From: Octopus sinensis
Taxonomy: Eukaryota
Direction: 5' to 3'
Length of the DNA: 64,000 bases
Assembly: GCF_006345805.1 (NCBI RefSeq)
Contig: NC_043000.1
Coordinates: 164,548,001 to 164,612,000, forward strand
The first letter of the stretch is position 1. Every line of letters begins with the position of its first letter. Under the pieces are notes generated by a model. The model worked only from the letters and a program-made list of their open reading frames with translations, searched no databases and was not told the DNA's origin. The position numbers and the translations under genes are program-made. Below are positions 34,441 through 49,439 of the stretch, piece after piece.

Positions 34441-37400
34441 ATAGTTATACAATGATAACACACACACGCAAACATATATGTATACATGCATGCACATATG
34501 TATAAACACATTTACATATATAGACACAAGCTAAAGGAGATTGGTGATAAAGTAAAATTGACAATCATTATTCCAGTATAGTATTTTAAAAGTTAATACT
34601 TGAATGAAGATTGTCAATTGTCATCTACCACAACTGTAATTAAGATTCACCTTATCAACTGACCTCACATACCTGCTGACAGCTTAGCTCTATCTATATA
34701 CAAGCCAATTACCTGTATCTTACTTTTTAACATATTTTATGTTTGCATAGATGTTATAATATATATCTATTGGCATGGCAGTGTGGTGAAGCAGTTTGCT
34801 TTGTAGTCATGTGGCTTTGGATTCAGTTCCATTGCCCATCACCTTCGTCTTTTACTCTCATCTTGTCTCAACCAATGACTTGTGAATGAAAGCATGTATG
34901 AAGGCCATCATATATTAATATATATGCGGGGGTGTGTATATTACTCTTCTCTTGATCTTTGCAGACTAATTGTAAACAAAGCCACCATTCATATAAATGG
35001 CGTTATTTGTTAACAATCTTCAGTGAAAACATGTTTGGTCATTCATCTGTTTGTTGTTCAAAGGACTAAGGAAAATATTTCCTTGCTTGGAAACAGGTGA
35101 AAGTTGATGACTGGAAGAGCATCCATCTATAGAAAATTTGCCTCAAGTTGTGAGATACTTGTGTGCCACACAAGCATATATAAGTAAACATAAGGATGCA
35201 CACACACACCATCATTTTAATATTTATTTTTGTATGCTTGTGTGGCACAGAACTATTTCACAACTTGTTGAGGCAAATTATATATCATTTGGGTATATAA
35301 CAAAACCTGCATGCATACACACAAAAGTTAACATTTAATGACTACAGGCTGAAATCATTGGTGTTGGATCCCCAGTCTGGGAATGACTTCTACCACTCTT
35401 GGCATAGCAGCCCTGAAAAGAGTCATGGAAGCTGCCCTTCCTCCCTTAAGAAAGCAATTAACTCCCCCACCAAAGAGTCAAGGAAAATGTTGTAGACTAA
35501 TTGGCTTACCAGGAACATATTTACCATCATATGTACATGGGAAGGTCAAGCCCAAAAGATAACATAACTAAACTATAAGGTTTCAGTGAGGTTAAAAATA
35601 TTTAGGTTAGTCATTGGGAATAATTAATTTGATACATTTGTGCTACTACAAAACTCACCTACTTGATTCACAGTTTACTCAACATCAAAGTAAGGCAGGT
35701 TCTCCCCACCTACCTGGGTGTTTATCTTTTCATTCATTTATCTCATGGGTAGACAGACACGGTGCAGTGCTTGTGGTCTATTTTAAGGTTGCTTTAAACT
35801 GGGTCTCTAGGGATAAATGCATGGGATGAGTATGGTTAACTTTCAGTTTGAAAAATCACAGATAAAGAGTTTGGGAGGGGAAAAAAACGAAATGAAAACT
35901 TAGATTTGGTGGGAGTTATGAAGGGTTGCAGTGTATGCAGGGTAGGGTCATGGAACTTAGTTTTTTTTAAAAAATTTCTTTTTATATCATAAAATTTCAT
36001 ACTTTATATCATGACTGGAAACCCATTACTCTGTGTTGGCGATTAGGTGGGTTATATGTTATTGTAGGTGCGGCTTGATGCTATGCATAATGTAATGTAT
36101 TAGCAGATGCTATGTAGGTATAGTATGTTGCTGTGTCTAAGCAAGTGTACAAAACAGTGACTACTGCGTGAAGTCAGGTTAAGACAGTCAATACCTGTGT
36201 AGATTAGTTAAGGATGGGCATGTGTGTGTGTGGTTTGATATTGTGTACAGGTATTGTATAAACTGGTTGTATGTAGGTAATGTATAGACTGGTTGATAGA
36301 AGTTTGTGTTTGTGAGGATAATGTGTAGTGTGATATGGCACCTGATTTGTGTGGAGTATGGGCGTTGTTGATTAGTTAGCTCTAAGTCAGCTCTGATTGA
36401 ACAGAATTATGTGATCAAAGGTATTCCAGCCATGACTACCCCATCCTATTTTCAGGATGATATGCATTTAAAACTTTATTATCCCTTTCATTTTATTTTA
36501 TTTTATTTTACTTAATTTTAATTTTTTTTTCTGCCTTTGTGACTGTAGTTTGTGGTTTGAAGAAAATTTGGCTGCTATTTCTATATTGGCAAATGACTTG
36601 GCTCTCTTCTAAGTGTAATGTGAAGACATTGATATAACTTTGTGTCAGTGCATGTGATATTTGTGTTTGGATATAGTAGATACAGCATCCTGTGTACAGT
36701 GGCTTAGCTTCAGATTAGTTCTGGTCAAGCAGCAGCCCTGCGATCAAAAGCCATTCTAGCCTTGACTATCCCATCATTTTTTTCATGGACAGTGTATCTA
36801 AGATCCTAACCTAGATGGATGTGATATCTTATAGAATCCATATCTACAATCATATTTAATGTGTCCATTTTTTTTAAAGCTAACATTGTAGTTTAAAGAT
36901 TTAACTGCATTTTCAGTGAAGCCTGAGAACTGTGGTTAGTGTATATACAGTTTGTGTGGGTGTAGCATAAGTACATTGGTATTGTGTGTATATGTGTGGT
37001 GGAGTGTGCAGTGTAGGTACATACAGTTTACTATTATTGCAGTCAATGTTTTTTTTCTTTCTCATTCTTCAGCCTTCATTTTTTTCCTATTCAATCAAGC
37101 AGCAGGAAAAATTAAATTTTTCTGTCAAAAATAAATTATAGATTGGAAAATATTTGTAGTCAACTGCTCTCTTTTGTTGTTAGGGTTCTTGTCTTTTATT
37201 GATGCTGTATCAGTACTGTTAGCTGAAAATGCTACAGCATTTTTCACCACAATTTAAGTTTTCAGACCCTACCACCACCACCTGATTAGGCTCCTTACAT
37301 CACCTCCCACCAACTCACTCTTGTCTACCCTGTCTGTTTAACTTCATCCCCCCCCCACTAACCTGTAACATATTTTATTCTTCTTTTAAAGCAGGGGTTC

Positions 37401-37719
37401 TCAACCATTTTTTATTCATGGACCCCCTTTGGTTGTTATTTCATTCTGGTGGACCCCCATGTCCATTCAAAGTATAAAATGCTTTAAAGCATTCACAATT
37501 TTTTTATCACTAACCTGTTAACTCTGAAAAGAAAAGTTTAACATATTCAAATATCTATGGGAACACTCTAATCATGATGAAATGTTGCACCCACTGGTTG
37601 GTTAACTATAAATTACTCATTGTAATGGTAGAATTACTGTTGTGGTGGGGAAGGTTAGGTGATAAAGGTTAATATGAACACTGGATTAAAACTGAAAACT
37701 TTGGATAATGGGCAAGATA

Positions 37720-38019
37720 TCTTTATATATGAAAGCGAGGTTGTGTGCTGTCTGTCTCCTACGATTTAGATTCCTAACTACTCCCACATTTTGCGGTGCA
37801 GTTTAACCAAAACCAGGTATCTTACAGTCGTGATTCATATCGGGCCCTTCTGGGTATTAGCGCACGTCTACGATGAGTCTACGATTTAAAAAAAAAATTT
37901 ACCATCAAGTTTTCCCATTTTTAATGCATTTTTGGCATATATAAGGGAAGTAACTCTCTAAAGATGCTTATATAGTTATTTCCCTTACAAACCCGAGCAA
38001 CGCCGGGCGATACTGCTAG
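37720..38019 (+). mobile_element. Complete 300-bp non-autonomous Helitron
   Basis: A|TC 5' end at 37720, subterminal hairpin CCCG-AGCAACGC-CGGG (37992-38007), CTAG|T 3' end, no TSD. Confidence 0.8.
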
Positions 38020-39844
38020 TATATATATATAGGCAATGGCATGGTTGTGTGGTAAGAATCTTGCTTCCCAACCACGTGGTTCTGGGTTCAATCCCACTGT
38101 GTGACACCTTGTGCAAGTGTCCTCTACTATAGCCTTGGGTTGACCAAGGCCTTGTGAGTGGATTTGGTAGGCGAAAACTGAAAGAAGCCCATCATATATC
38201 TGTGTGCAATCTTCTGGCCTTTCAGCTCCTGTCAAACTGTTCAACCCATACCCGCAAGGAAAACAGATGTTAAATAATGATCTATGAAACATCAGCATTA
38301 CTACTACTACTACTACTTCCACCACCAACTTTTCCGTGATGAGAACAGCTATACAACATCCCTCCTTTAGTTTCATGTTTATGTAATATCCTAGATGGAG
38401 GGGATTGGTCTGTCCTAAATACTTCACCCCTGATATTCTGTGATCTCTTGCCCTCTTATTTGTAGGTACCTTTCTCCCTTACTGCACTCCTTTCTTTCTT
38501 CCCTCCCCCTCTCTCTTCTCTTGCAGTAAGCACGAGCACATGCATGCACGCACACACACACACACACATTCACTTACTTGCTTTCTCTGCTAGCCTCCAT
38601 CTTATTCACTTTGTTTTCTTTTAATGAGTTTAGTGTTCTGAATTCAAATCCATTTGCAGTTGACTTTTGCTCTTCATCTCTTCAGCAGATTGATGCACTA
38701 AATAACTAATATAACTGGGTCTGCAGCTGTAATGCTCTATGATTCTTAACATCACTGGCCTATTGCATAGTCAAAGAAATCAATTTTCCAGTTTTGATAA
38801 TTGATCATTAACAAGCTTCTCTATTCGACATCTTTTTTCTCGTTTTAGAAATAAATCTTGAAGAGGAGAAAACCTTTTTATTTTTTGTTAAATTTCTGCA
38901 ACGATTTTAATTTAAACTTGACTTTTTTTTTCTTCCCTCTCTCTCTCAATTTCTCCTCATTTTTCTTTATCACTTCCGCTTTCTGTCTCTCCTTGTCTTC
39001 CCCCCCCCCCATACCTCTCATTTTCTTGATCTCTATATATTTTCATCTCCCTACCTCTATCACCCTCTCCTCACCCCCCTTTTTATCATTTTTCTCTTGC
39101 TTACCTACCTTCTCCCATTTTGCTCTCTTGTCCACTCTCTCCCTTTTTTTTCATTCACTCTGTCAGCAAAATATATTTTACACACACACTATACTGTGTT
39201 TGAATGTGCAAATCTGAAGTGTGTGTTTGGTGCACTTGTGTGTATGCCTCAGTATGGTCTCAAGTATGTGTGCATGTTTGTCTAAAGGTGAGTGCACTAG
39301 TGATTGTGTGTATCAGTGCACATTGTGTATGTAATAGCACGTTCATATGTGATATGTTTGTATGTGAATGCATGTTTGCATATTTGTTTGAGTGATTGCA
39401 TGTTTACATGTGTATGTGTAATCACACATTTGAGTCTGTATATGTATGTCTGTGTGTCTTTGTGTTCATGATATTGATGAATATTAAAAAAAGATATTTC
39501 CTCTAAATTTCATCCTCATTACTGCTTTGTAATTTTAATTGCCCCATCTTTGCACAGCTTGTTCTTTCATGCCCTCCTCCCCCTTTTTTTTTTATATTCT
39601 AAATTTCATCTTTATGTCCTATATGTACTTATACATGCACAGAAGATATGTTCAACCCAAGCAAACATGAAAAAAAGGGACATAAAAATCACGATTAAAT
39701 TAATTTATGACACACACACAGAGAAGAAAGCTCTTGCAAAACCACTGCTGATACTTTTTCAGAGTTTCTGCACATGTGACAAACTTTCCAAAATTTTAAA
39801 AACATGTATGCGTGTATAATATGGTCTCCTCATAAAGAGGAAGC

Positions 39845-39922
39845 AGAGCAGATGCTAAGAACGACCAGCCAGAGCAGATGCTAAGAACGACCAGCCAGAG
39901 CAGATGCTAAGAACGACAAGCC
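39845..39922. repeat. 26-bp tandem repeat, 3 copies
   Basis: AGAGCAGATGCTAAGAACGACCAGCC x3 with one mismatch in the last copy. Confidence 0.95.
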
Positions 39923-39929
39923 AACTCTG

Positions 39930-40530
39930 TAACCTTACATTTTAGCTAAGTCATGGATCACATTACCTGAAGAAAACAACTTGCTCATGAATGCACTGGA
40001 TGGCTTCTGCCCCCTAAGGGGCTGCCCTCCACAGCTCTTTCATCCACATGTGAATGTGATATATCTTGACTTTAACAGGGCCTTCGACTTCGTTGATCAA
40101 GAGATGATATGTCAGAAAGTGTATGACTTTTTAAAAAAATAGGAGTCAGGCTGTCATTGCCTACGGTGCTCTTTCTGAGGAGACATCAGTATTAAAAGGA
40201 GTCTCCATGGCAACAGTACTGAGACCATTCCTGTTTGTGGCTCTGTCAGACACGCTATCAGTCATACAGTCAGCCATTCTCAGTAGCTATGTTGGTGATA
40301 CAAAGGTTTTGCAAGTAGTCAAGGACCCTGATGCTTACTCAAAACTACAAAAAAACCTGAATGCAATATACAAGTGGGCTGAAGCAAACAACATTCTGCT
40401 ATTGACCCATAAACAGATTGCAATCAGAATACACAGGACCAAGGGAATTGCTCTCTTTATGTCAGAGTTGGTGCATTACCTGGGAATCCACATGAATATC
40501 GATGAATTGTTCCATGTGTATATTACTACA
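39930..40530 (+). mobile_element. Highly decayed CR1-group LINE RT fragment
   Basis: YLDFNRAFD, GVSMATVLRPFLF, YVGDTKV, LQKNLNAIYKWAEANN, YLGI. Confidence 0.7.
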
Positions 40531-42109
40531 GTTATCATTATTTCTGAAAATCAGGAAAATATTTCTTTTATTGGTGACAGGAACCAAAAATTTTTGGGAC
40601 AAATAACTAACAAATTCTCTCTCCTATCTCTATCTCTCTTTTCTCCTTGCTGTTTCTCTCTGTCAATCAATTGGTTATTAATGATTGCAAGCATGATTAA
40701 GTGGTCAAGAAGTTCACTTTGTGATCATGAAGTCTTCAGTTCAATCCAACTGCATGGCATCTTAGACAAGATGTCTATAACTAAAGTTTTAAGATGTCCA
40801 AAGCCTTGCAAATAAAAGTTGGTAGATGTCAACTGATGGATTGTACCTGTGGTTCAAAGGTTCCACATATGTCACACATTGGCATCATGCTGATTCTGCC
40901 TGATGATCACATTAAGGATATAGATTGTCTGTGGAATACTCAACTACTTACATTTTAATTCAATGAGTAGACTGGAATGATTATAGCTGAAACTAACAGA
41001 GGATCCAGTGACATTGTTAAGATCTTGTGAGATAATTGAAATTGGTTCGTCAAAGTGGCTTAGTTTCTTTGAAGATTGATTTAGGTATTGGGTTGTTGGT
41101 TGGTATATGTGGAATGGGGGCCAGTGTAGATAAGTGTTCACTGCATATAGAGTGTGTGGTGGTGGCTGATTGCTTTCTATCTCAAGGATTAATTTAGGAA
41201 TTTCTTTTCATATTCTCATGTTTTATGCATAAATACATAGATTTTTACATACATCATCCTCATTTTATCTCCACCATCACACACACACACACACACACAC
41301 ACATTCACACATTTATTTATTTTTAGAGCTGAGGAGTGGCAGAAACTATAGATTGCGGTGCTATGTAGTATGTAGTTTTGTATTACTATGTCCTGAATTT
41401 CAATTTCAGGATTGATTTTGCTTTCCGACTTTCTGAAGTGGATATAATAGGTACTGGTTATGTCCAGGGATTTTGACCCTTTCACTGGTAAATTTGTATT
41501 CTTGTGTTGAAGTAGAAATATCAACATTTCTGAGTAATGGGGATGGATTTGATTTCATCTATGTGCATTATATGAAGTATAATGGCAGTCCACAGCTTGC
41601 ATGTCCATCCAGTAGTGTACAGTTGGTTCATATGGTTCCTTTAAATGTGCTCTTATATATGAAAATATCCCGGTGACCCCCACCACTCTATTTCCATTAT
41701 TGGCAATACTCATATGTAAGCAAAAATTAAACAAATTGTTATACAAAAGATTGTCTGCTCAATGGCCTAAATTTGAAAAATTTTTTAGAAAATGTCCAAA
41801 GCCCATAAAAGAACATCTCAGTGGTCCAAATGTGGCTGACCCATGATAAAATTGCTCTTTCATTGCTTTATGTATATAATGAACTGTGTGAGTCGTTGAT
41901 GGAATGTGGAATGTTTTGGTGAGAAGAGGTACCTATTATTCTATTTGCTCCAGCACTTCATCTTCTGAGTTTCAATTCAATCAAGATCACCTTTGTCTTT
42001 CATTCTTCTTGGGTTGATAAAATAAATTATAAATTGATAAATTAAATAAAGATTTAATTATCTGTTCCCCTTCACCACAAAATTTCAGGCCTTCTCCTCC
42101 TCCTCCTCA

Positions 42110-42420
42110 TGAGGGTAGTAGATTAGAAGTAGTGGGTAGCTTCTGTTACCTAGGTGACCAAGGTAGCAGTCTAGGAGGAAGTTCTGAAAGTGTAGTTACA
42201 AGAATAAGAACGGGCTGGGCAAAGTTCAGAGCTTCTACCTTTGTTGGTAACTAAGGGCCTCTTCTTCAGGGTGAAAGGGAGATTGTATGATGACTGTGTA
42301 CATACAGCAATGTTACATGGCAGTGAAATATGGGCTTTGGCTATAAAGCTAGCATGCTCTGCTGGATGGGTAATGTCAGTGTGCATACATGACAGAGTGT
42401 AAGTGATTTAAGAGGGAAAC
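42110..42420 (+). mobile_element. RTE-clade LINE fragment
   Basis: FCYLGDQ...RIRTGWAKF...RVKGRLYDDCVHTAMLHGSEIW. Confidence 0.75.
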
Positions 42421-42800
42421 TCGTGCCAGTGCTGCATGAATGCACCCATGCCTGTGGCACATAATAAACACCCAGCACACTCTGTAGAGTGGTTGGCATT
42501 AGGAAAGACCTGCAGCTGTAGAAATCCTGCTACAACAGACTATTGGAGTCTGGACAGCTTCGTGGCTGGCTAGCATGGAAAACAGGTATCAAACGATGAT
42601 GATTGGCAAAATCATTAGTGTCAGACAAGATGCCTTTAGTATCTTTGAAGTGAACAAAAACTCTGTGGTTACTTTTAGTTGAGTAATTAGCAGTAGGAAG
42701 GGTAATATGCTGTAAAAAAACATTTGATCTAGGATATAAACAATCACACCAGTGCAAATAAGGAGAAATGGTTGCTAATATAAAGTTATATATATATATA

Positions 42801-43260
42801 TCATCATCATCGTTTAACGTCCATTCTCCATGCTAGCATGGGTTGGACGGTTCAACTGGGGTCTGGCAAGTTCGAAGGCTGCACCAGGCCAGTCAGATCT
42901 GGCAGTGTTTCTACAGCTGAATACCCTTCCTAACGCCAACCACTCCAAGAGTGTAGTGGGTGATTTTATGTGCCACCGACACAGGTGCCAGACGAGGCTG
43001 GCAGACGGCCACGCTCGGATGGTGTTTTTATGTGCCACCGACACAGGTGCCAGACGAGGCTGGCAGATGGCCACGCTCGGATGGTGTTTTTTATGTACCA
43101 CCGACACAGGTGCCAGACGAGGCTGGCAGACGGCCACGCTCGGATGGTGTTTTCTTATGTGCCACCGACACAGGTGCCAGACGAGGCTGGCGAACGGCCA
43201 CGCTCGGATGGTGTTTGTTACATGCCCTCAGCACGGAGGCCAGTCGATGCAGTACTGGCT
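42801..43260 (-). mobile_element. SINE family C (RTE-like GAT tail) with four about 62-bp internal tandem units
   Basis: Highly similar inverted counterpart of 51166-51551; units at about 42964-43215. Confidence 0.85.
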
Positions 43261-43439
43261 ATATATATATAAAATCATTCCTGTCATGTTGGAAGGCATA
43301 CATAGTCCAGTTTCACTTTACGTATGTTGCAGAACATCACTGATGTGTGTGTGTGTGTGTGTGTGTTTGTATATATATATATATATCTAATATAATAAAT
43401 GCGAAAACTAATTTCTGTGTGTCAGTGTGTTACACTTCG

Positions 43440-46400
43440 GTCCCTTCTCTCACTATTCATTGTCGAGAGGAATACTCACTGAGAGATAGAATTCGCCGGG
43501 GAAATCTAATATCCGAACTGAAGATGAGAAAACAGATGGGAGAGAAGGGTTTACGCATCCAAGATGGACAAATAATCAAGTCCTACCTCTGGTTGCATGC
43601 TGTAGTGCTGACAGGGAAAGTGAATCGAGGGCGAATCGAAGTAAAGTAGATACCCCTGTCAACGATGCTATCTCTGATACCCCTTATTCTGCTTGTTCCC
43701 CAATTCCCGCCCCTCAAACTTCACATCTCAGCATCGTCTATACCAACTCGTGCTCCTTATTTCCAAAGTTGAGCGAACTATTTACACTGGCCATACGTGA
43801 TTCCCCTGATGTGATAGCTATCACCGAAACTTGGCTGATTCAAGCAGTAAAGGACTCAGAAATCGACCTACAGGGCTACGCCCTCTTCAGATGTGACAGA
43901 GAAAAAAGGTGAGGTGGAGGTGTTGCTGTGTATGTTAAATCTGATCTCAAACCGTCCAGCGGTATTCTACCCACTAATGCTCAACCTACAACAAAATTTG
44001 ATGCTGTCTATTGCAAGCTGAGCCTATTCGGGTTTTGCCTGCCCGTGTTGGCTGTCTACAGGCCGACCCCCAGACGATGCTCATTTACTCGAAGCGATAA
44101 GATTCGTTTCAGCCTCACATGACTGTTTGATACTAGGAGACTTCAACACTCCCACGATCGATTGGCCCGCATCAATCTGTACATCATCTTCCCGGTTTGG
44201 CCAGGCCCTTCTTGACGTGGCTGAAGATTGTTTTCTATCGCAACATGTTGAATATCCGACAAGGCATCGGTCTGGGCAGCAGCCATCTATGCTGGATCTG
44301 GTATTCTCCCGCTATCCAAGATCAGTGTCAGATGTATCTGTGTGTGCCCCTCTTGCCAAGAGTGATCATGCGGTCCTGAAGTTTTTCATGCACACCACAT
44401 TTTCTACACCCACGACTACTTCGCTGCCACGTAGAGTCTTCTCTGCAATTAATCTTGAAATTCTAACCAAGGCTTCCGCGCTTCTGGACTGGCGATCCCT
44501 GATGACGTTGTCCTCAGTTGACGAACTATGGTTGTCCCTGAAAGCATATGTAATCTGGTTGACTGACCAAGCAGTTCCCGTTGGGCTTCCCAAGAAGAAA
44601 CACAAGCCCTGGGTGACGAAGAAGGTTAAACGAGAATTTCAACTCAGAGATATTGCTTGGGCTGAATGCAAAAATCTGGATTTGACTGCAGCTTTTGAGG
44701 TGTACAAAACTCAACAAGACCGAGCTGTGAAAATTGAAAAGGAAGAACGCTTCAGTTATGAATACAAAATCGCGGCAAATGCCAGTAGCAATCCAAAAAC
44801 CTTCTTTGCCCATGTCCAAAGGAATTCCTGCTTGAACAACCAAATTGCAACGTTGGTAGACTCAACAAGCGTATCGATTGAGGACCCTTATCAACAGAGT
44901 CAATTATTTGCCGAGGCTTTTTCAACTATTTTCAAACAAGATGATGGTCGTGAACCCCCTCCATTTGATAGATCGGTACTTCCAATGCTTCGATTGGTCA
45001 TCACGCGGGACGAAATCGAATGCGTTATTCAAGGCCTCGATGCCAACAAGGGTCACGGCCCTGACGGCATACACCCACGGGTTATCAAAGCGTTGGCTAT
45101 GGTCATCTGCGAACCCTTAACACGTCTATTCAATATGTCATTGGCGACGGGTGTTATACCTGCGGACTGGAGAACAGCGATAATCTGCCCAATTTTCAAG
45201 AAAGGGAGCCGCGAAGACCCGCTTAACTACCGAGCGGTTTCCCTTACATCAATAATCAGCAAGATGTTCGAAACCATCCTTAAGTATGATGCTCCACCTC
45301 CAAAACACAGCCTCTATCTCTGATTCCCAACACGGCTTCGTGCCGAAGAGATCATGCTTGACCAACTTACTAGTAATGGAAGAATTGGTGACGCGCATCC
45401 TCGATGATAGTGATGCTGTTGACATCGTTTTATTGGACTTTGCCAAAGCTTTTGACTCGGTAAACCACTGCCTATTACTTGTCAAGCTTCAAGCATATAG
45501 TTTCCACCCGGATATTGTACGATGGGTTGGTGCCTTCCTCTCAGATCGCTCCTTCCAAGTCCAAGTTAATGGTTCGCGGTCCGACGTCTCCAGTGCGAGC
45601 AGTGGCGTGCCTCAAGGTTCAGTGCTTGGGCCCTTATTGTTCTTAGTCTTCGTAAATGACTTGCCCGACGACCTCACGCAACACACCCTTCTATTTGCCA
45701 ACGATGTCAAACTGGTCGCTCCTCGCGGTGATATAGAGGATCTTCGTCGATGCCTCCACCAAATTTGGAGATGATCTAACGAATGGGACCTGTGTCTGAA
45801 CGTGTCAAAGTGCTGTCATCTGCCTGTTGGCTCTCCTCCTGCAACTCAACTTGATTTCGAGCCGGGTCGTCTGCTGCTGGAGAGGACCGATCAGGTAAAG
45901 GACCTGGGTATCTTGGTGGATTCCTCCTTTTCGCCTTTGGCCCGGTGCGTCCATGCTGCCAACAAAGCACTCGGAGTTCTGTTCTTGATTCAACGGTCAT
46001 TCGGAATGCTCACAGCAGCCATATTCCTACCGCTCTATGTCACGCTGGTGAGACCCATATTGGAGTATGGGATTCAAGCCTCTTCTCCTTATCTCCTCAA
46101 AGACATACAGCATCTCGAAAGAGTCCAGAAGCTGGCTACCCGCATGGTTCTTGGTCTCAAGTATTTGTCTTATGAAGAAAGGCTGAAGACGCTCGACCTT
46201 TATTCTCTAGAAAAACGATGACACCGTGGTGATCTCATTCTTGCTCACAACATCATAAGCGGAAAGTGTAACCTCTCGAAAGAGCTGTTCTTCACTCCTG
46301 CTCCAGAGCGTCGGCTGCGGGGTCATTCCGAAAAGCTCTATCTGCGACGATTTCATCTCAATCGAAGGAGAGGGGCTTTCTCCGTCCGGGTTGCGGATCC

Positions 46401-46580
46401 GTGGAATAAGCTGCCAGACGAGATGGTGAAGATGCCGACGACCGCTCGGTTCAAAGTCTCCCTTGACTACAAGTGGCCTGAACTCTTTACATGAAAACCA
46501 CCCTGTACATAACTCCATGTCCCCCTACATGGCCTTGCTCTTTTGCTTTTTGAGCCAAAAAATTAACTAACTAACTAACA
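43440..46580 (+). mobile_element. CR1/L2-group LINE with end of ORF1 and full-length but disrupted ORF2; (TAAC)n tail
   Basis: ORF1-like end (RDRIRRGNLISELKMR), EN start IVYTNSCSL...IAITETWL (about 43730-43840), ILGDFN, LDLVF, SDH, GPDG, NYRAVSLTS, QHGF, LDFAKAFDSV, GVPQGSVLGPLLF, FAND instead of FADD, VRPILEY. Several stops and frameshifts. Confidence 0.92.
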
Positions 46581-46642
46581 CCTACTATTGCTCATGTTGG
46601 GGTGAGAGTAATAGTAGGCAGAAACGGTGAGGGTAGTGGCAA

Positions 46643-46677
<35 letters not shown>

Positions 46678-48434
46678 AAGAAATTTAGGGAGAGTTGATG
46701 TTTTATTAAAAGTAGTAGTGTTGATGGTGGTAGTGGGAGTAATGATAAGGGAGAGAGAGAGATAAAGAGTAGGTATGTGAGAGAAAGAGGGATTGACCTC
46801 TGAACTAACATGCTGAAGTAACATACTGGACAAACACACACATTTAGCCTTTTTTTGATGGTAATGGGGTGATAGTATGAGCTGTAGTTGTGATAGAGGC
46901 AGAGGTGGTGGTGGTAGAAAGATATATATATATATATATAAGCATGTAAGCACACAGTTAATTTTGTGGCACAGTGCTCAATAGGAAGGTGTAGGGTCTG
47001 ATTTATAAACACTATTATATAAATGGTCATCAATTTCATATGGTCAACCTTTTATTTGACAGAACTCATCAGCAGATTGAGCAGATTGAGAATAATTGAA
47101 TCCATTCCATGCACACACACACAGGTGCAAGTGTGGCAGAGAGATTGAGATGTTTACTTCTCCACCACATGATTTTGGGTTCAGTCTCACTGCATGGACT
47201 GCTGGACAAGTGTCTTCTACCAAAACCTTAAGCTGACCAAAGCCCTATAAGCAGATATTGTTGGTAGAAGCTGAAAGAAACCAGTTGTATCATCATCATT
47301 TTAATGTCCACCTTCTATGCTGCTATGGGTTGGGCAATTTAACTGGAACTGGCAAGCCAGAATACCGTGTCAAGCTTTACTGTCTCCTTTGACATGATTT
47401 CTACTGCTGGATGCTCTTCCTACCTACCTACCTACCCCCAAACACCCCCCCCCCCACACACACATACATACATGTGTGTGTTAGTGTCTCCTTGTCTTGA
47501 CATTGCATGATAGTTGTAAATGAGCATGCATTACTGTCATACAGATGGTATCTTTCGTTTCCAGTCTTTTGCGAAAACATGTCTGGTCACAGGGGAAATA
47601 TTACCTTATTTGGAAACAGATGAGGGTTGGTGTCACGAAGGGCATCTGATGTTAGAAACTCTGCCTCACCAAATTCTGTCTTATGTGAGCATGGAAAAGT
47701 GGAAATTAAAACGATGATGATTAATTGGGTGTATGTGTACGTGTGCATGCATATAGCTTGCTTATTGTTGCCCATTAAATTTGATGATGACCAAAAATGT
47801 TGTCTGGTAGGACATTTGGCTGTATGTTAAGTGTGACCTCAAAACCCTTCTCAAATTTTTGGTTCACTTATCCCTCTGCCTTATTTAGTCAACCATGACA
47901 ACTCTTTTCTCACCCAGATTATCACCTATGACTGCTTTATTAGAAAAAGAAAAAAAAAATCAGGTCTGGCCTCAATATTACTAAAAAGCTACTGCACACA
48001 ACCAACTATTCATTATATTGTCATGTCATTTGTATTCATGTCTTTACCATCTTGACTATTTCAATAGTTTATGTTTTTATTGTCTTAATTTCATTTAGTT
48101 CAATATAGAGTCTTTAAACCAGTTCCTTCATTATCTTATATCCTGATTTGCAAGATAAATTTAGAAAGTTCTCGTTCAACTGTCTAGATAACCTTGATTT
48201 GTGTGAATTGCACCCTGGAGAGTTTTATTGCTTGTTTATATTACATCAGAAATAAAATCTTTTGGTTCATTTATGAGAAAGGTTGTGGTTTCCCTTAGAA
48301 ACCATATAGCTGACGAGTTCACAAAGTGGTTTTGTTAGCTGAGCAGCTTTATCATTTCATCGTTAGCATGTTCATCATCATGCTTGTTCATGTGTGTGTT
48401 TGTGTCTACTTAAATACATTTTTGTATTTGCAAA

Positions 48435-48776
48435 CAGGTCGCCTTACTAGCACTTGTGCTGGTGGCACGTGTAAAAAACATTCAAGCGAGGTCGTTGCCA
48501 GTGTCGTTGGACTGGCTCCTGTGCAGGTGGCACATAAAAAGCACCATTTAAGCGTGGCTGTTGCCAGTACCACCTGACTGGCCCTCGTGCTGGTGGCACG
48601 TAAAAGCACCCACTACACTCTGAGTGGTTGGCATTAGGAAGGGCATCCAGCTGTAGAAACTCTGCCAGATCAGACTCGAGTCTGGTGCAGCCATCTGGTT
48701 TGCCAGAGCTCAGTCAAATCGTCCAACCCATGCTAGCATGGAAAGCGGACGTTAAACGATGATGATGATGATGATG
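48435..48776 (+). mobile_element. SINE family C, older copy with three diverged internal units
   Basis: GTGCTGGTGGCACG-type units then CCACTACACTC...AGGAAGGGCATCCAGCTGTAGAAAC...GGACGTTAAACGATGATGAT. Confidence 0.82.
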
Positions 48777-49439
48777 CCTGAGGACCAGGAATATGAGGAC
48801 TAATTTACATGATGCATGATTAACTGGTATTTTTATCACTGGAGTTAGAATTTGGCTTTGCCAGATCTTCTGAATTTTGTAAACTTTTGAGTACTGACCA
48901 TCATGGTCATCAATCACCACTCCCACCATAATTTCATTTAAAGTCCTTTCTTAATAGAGTGTGTTTATGTATGTGTATTTGGTGTGTGGGTTACTCAGTT
49001 ACAACTGTCACCATATCAGTGGTGTGGTATCCTTATATACACCAAGGTAAATGTAATGAAGATAACCACTTCTCTGCCAAACCAATTCACTTGCTCCTTA
49101 TATTCTTGTGATTTTTAACTGTAGTCAGTAGCCTAAAGAGAAATGAACTCAAGACATTTTGACTCACTCTTGGCTCAGACTATGGAACTATAGAAGTAAA
49201 GTTTTTGGTATCAATCCAAAAGTCATTTAAGAGTGTTGGGACATTTTCATTTAATTTAAATGCCCATTTTTTGTATATGCATATATTAATAGGAAATTCT
49301 ATGACTATTTATTTTATATTGCTGCTCCTCTTGTAGTTATTTGTGTACATAATTATGCCCCCATCCCCATACGTATGTGTGTATGGTGTTCTGTTGCAAT
49401 TAGTATTAAGAACAAAGAGCATTCAATGTGTCTGAGGAA

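Noticed and set aside
42964-43215. CRISPR-like array of about 62-bp repeats (also 51166-51390 and 39845-39922)
   Set aside because: Units are contiguous with no unique spacers, lie within eukaryotic repeats, and there are no cas genes.
48296-48335. CTGACGA hammerhead core at 48310-48316
   Set aside because: No stem II followed by GAAA downstream and no consistent stems.
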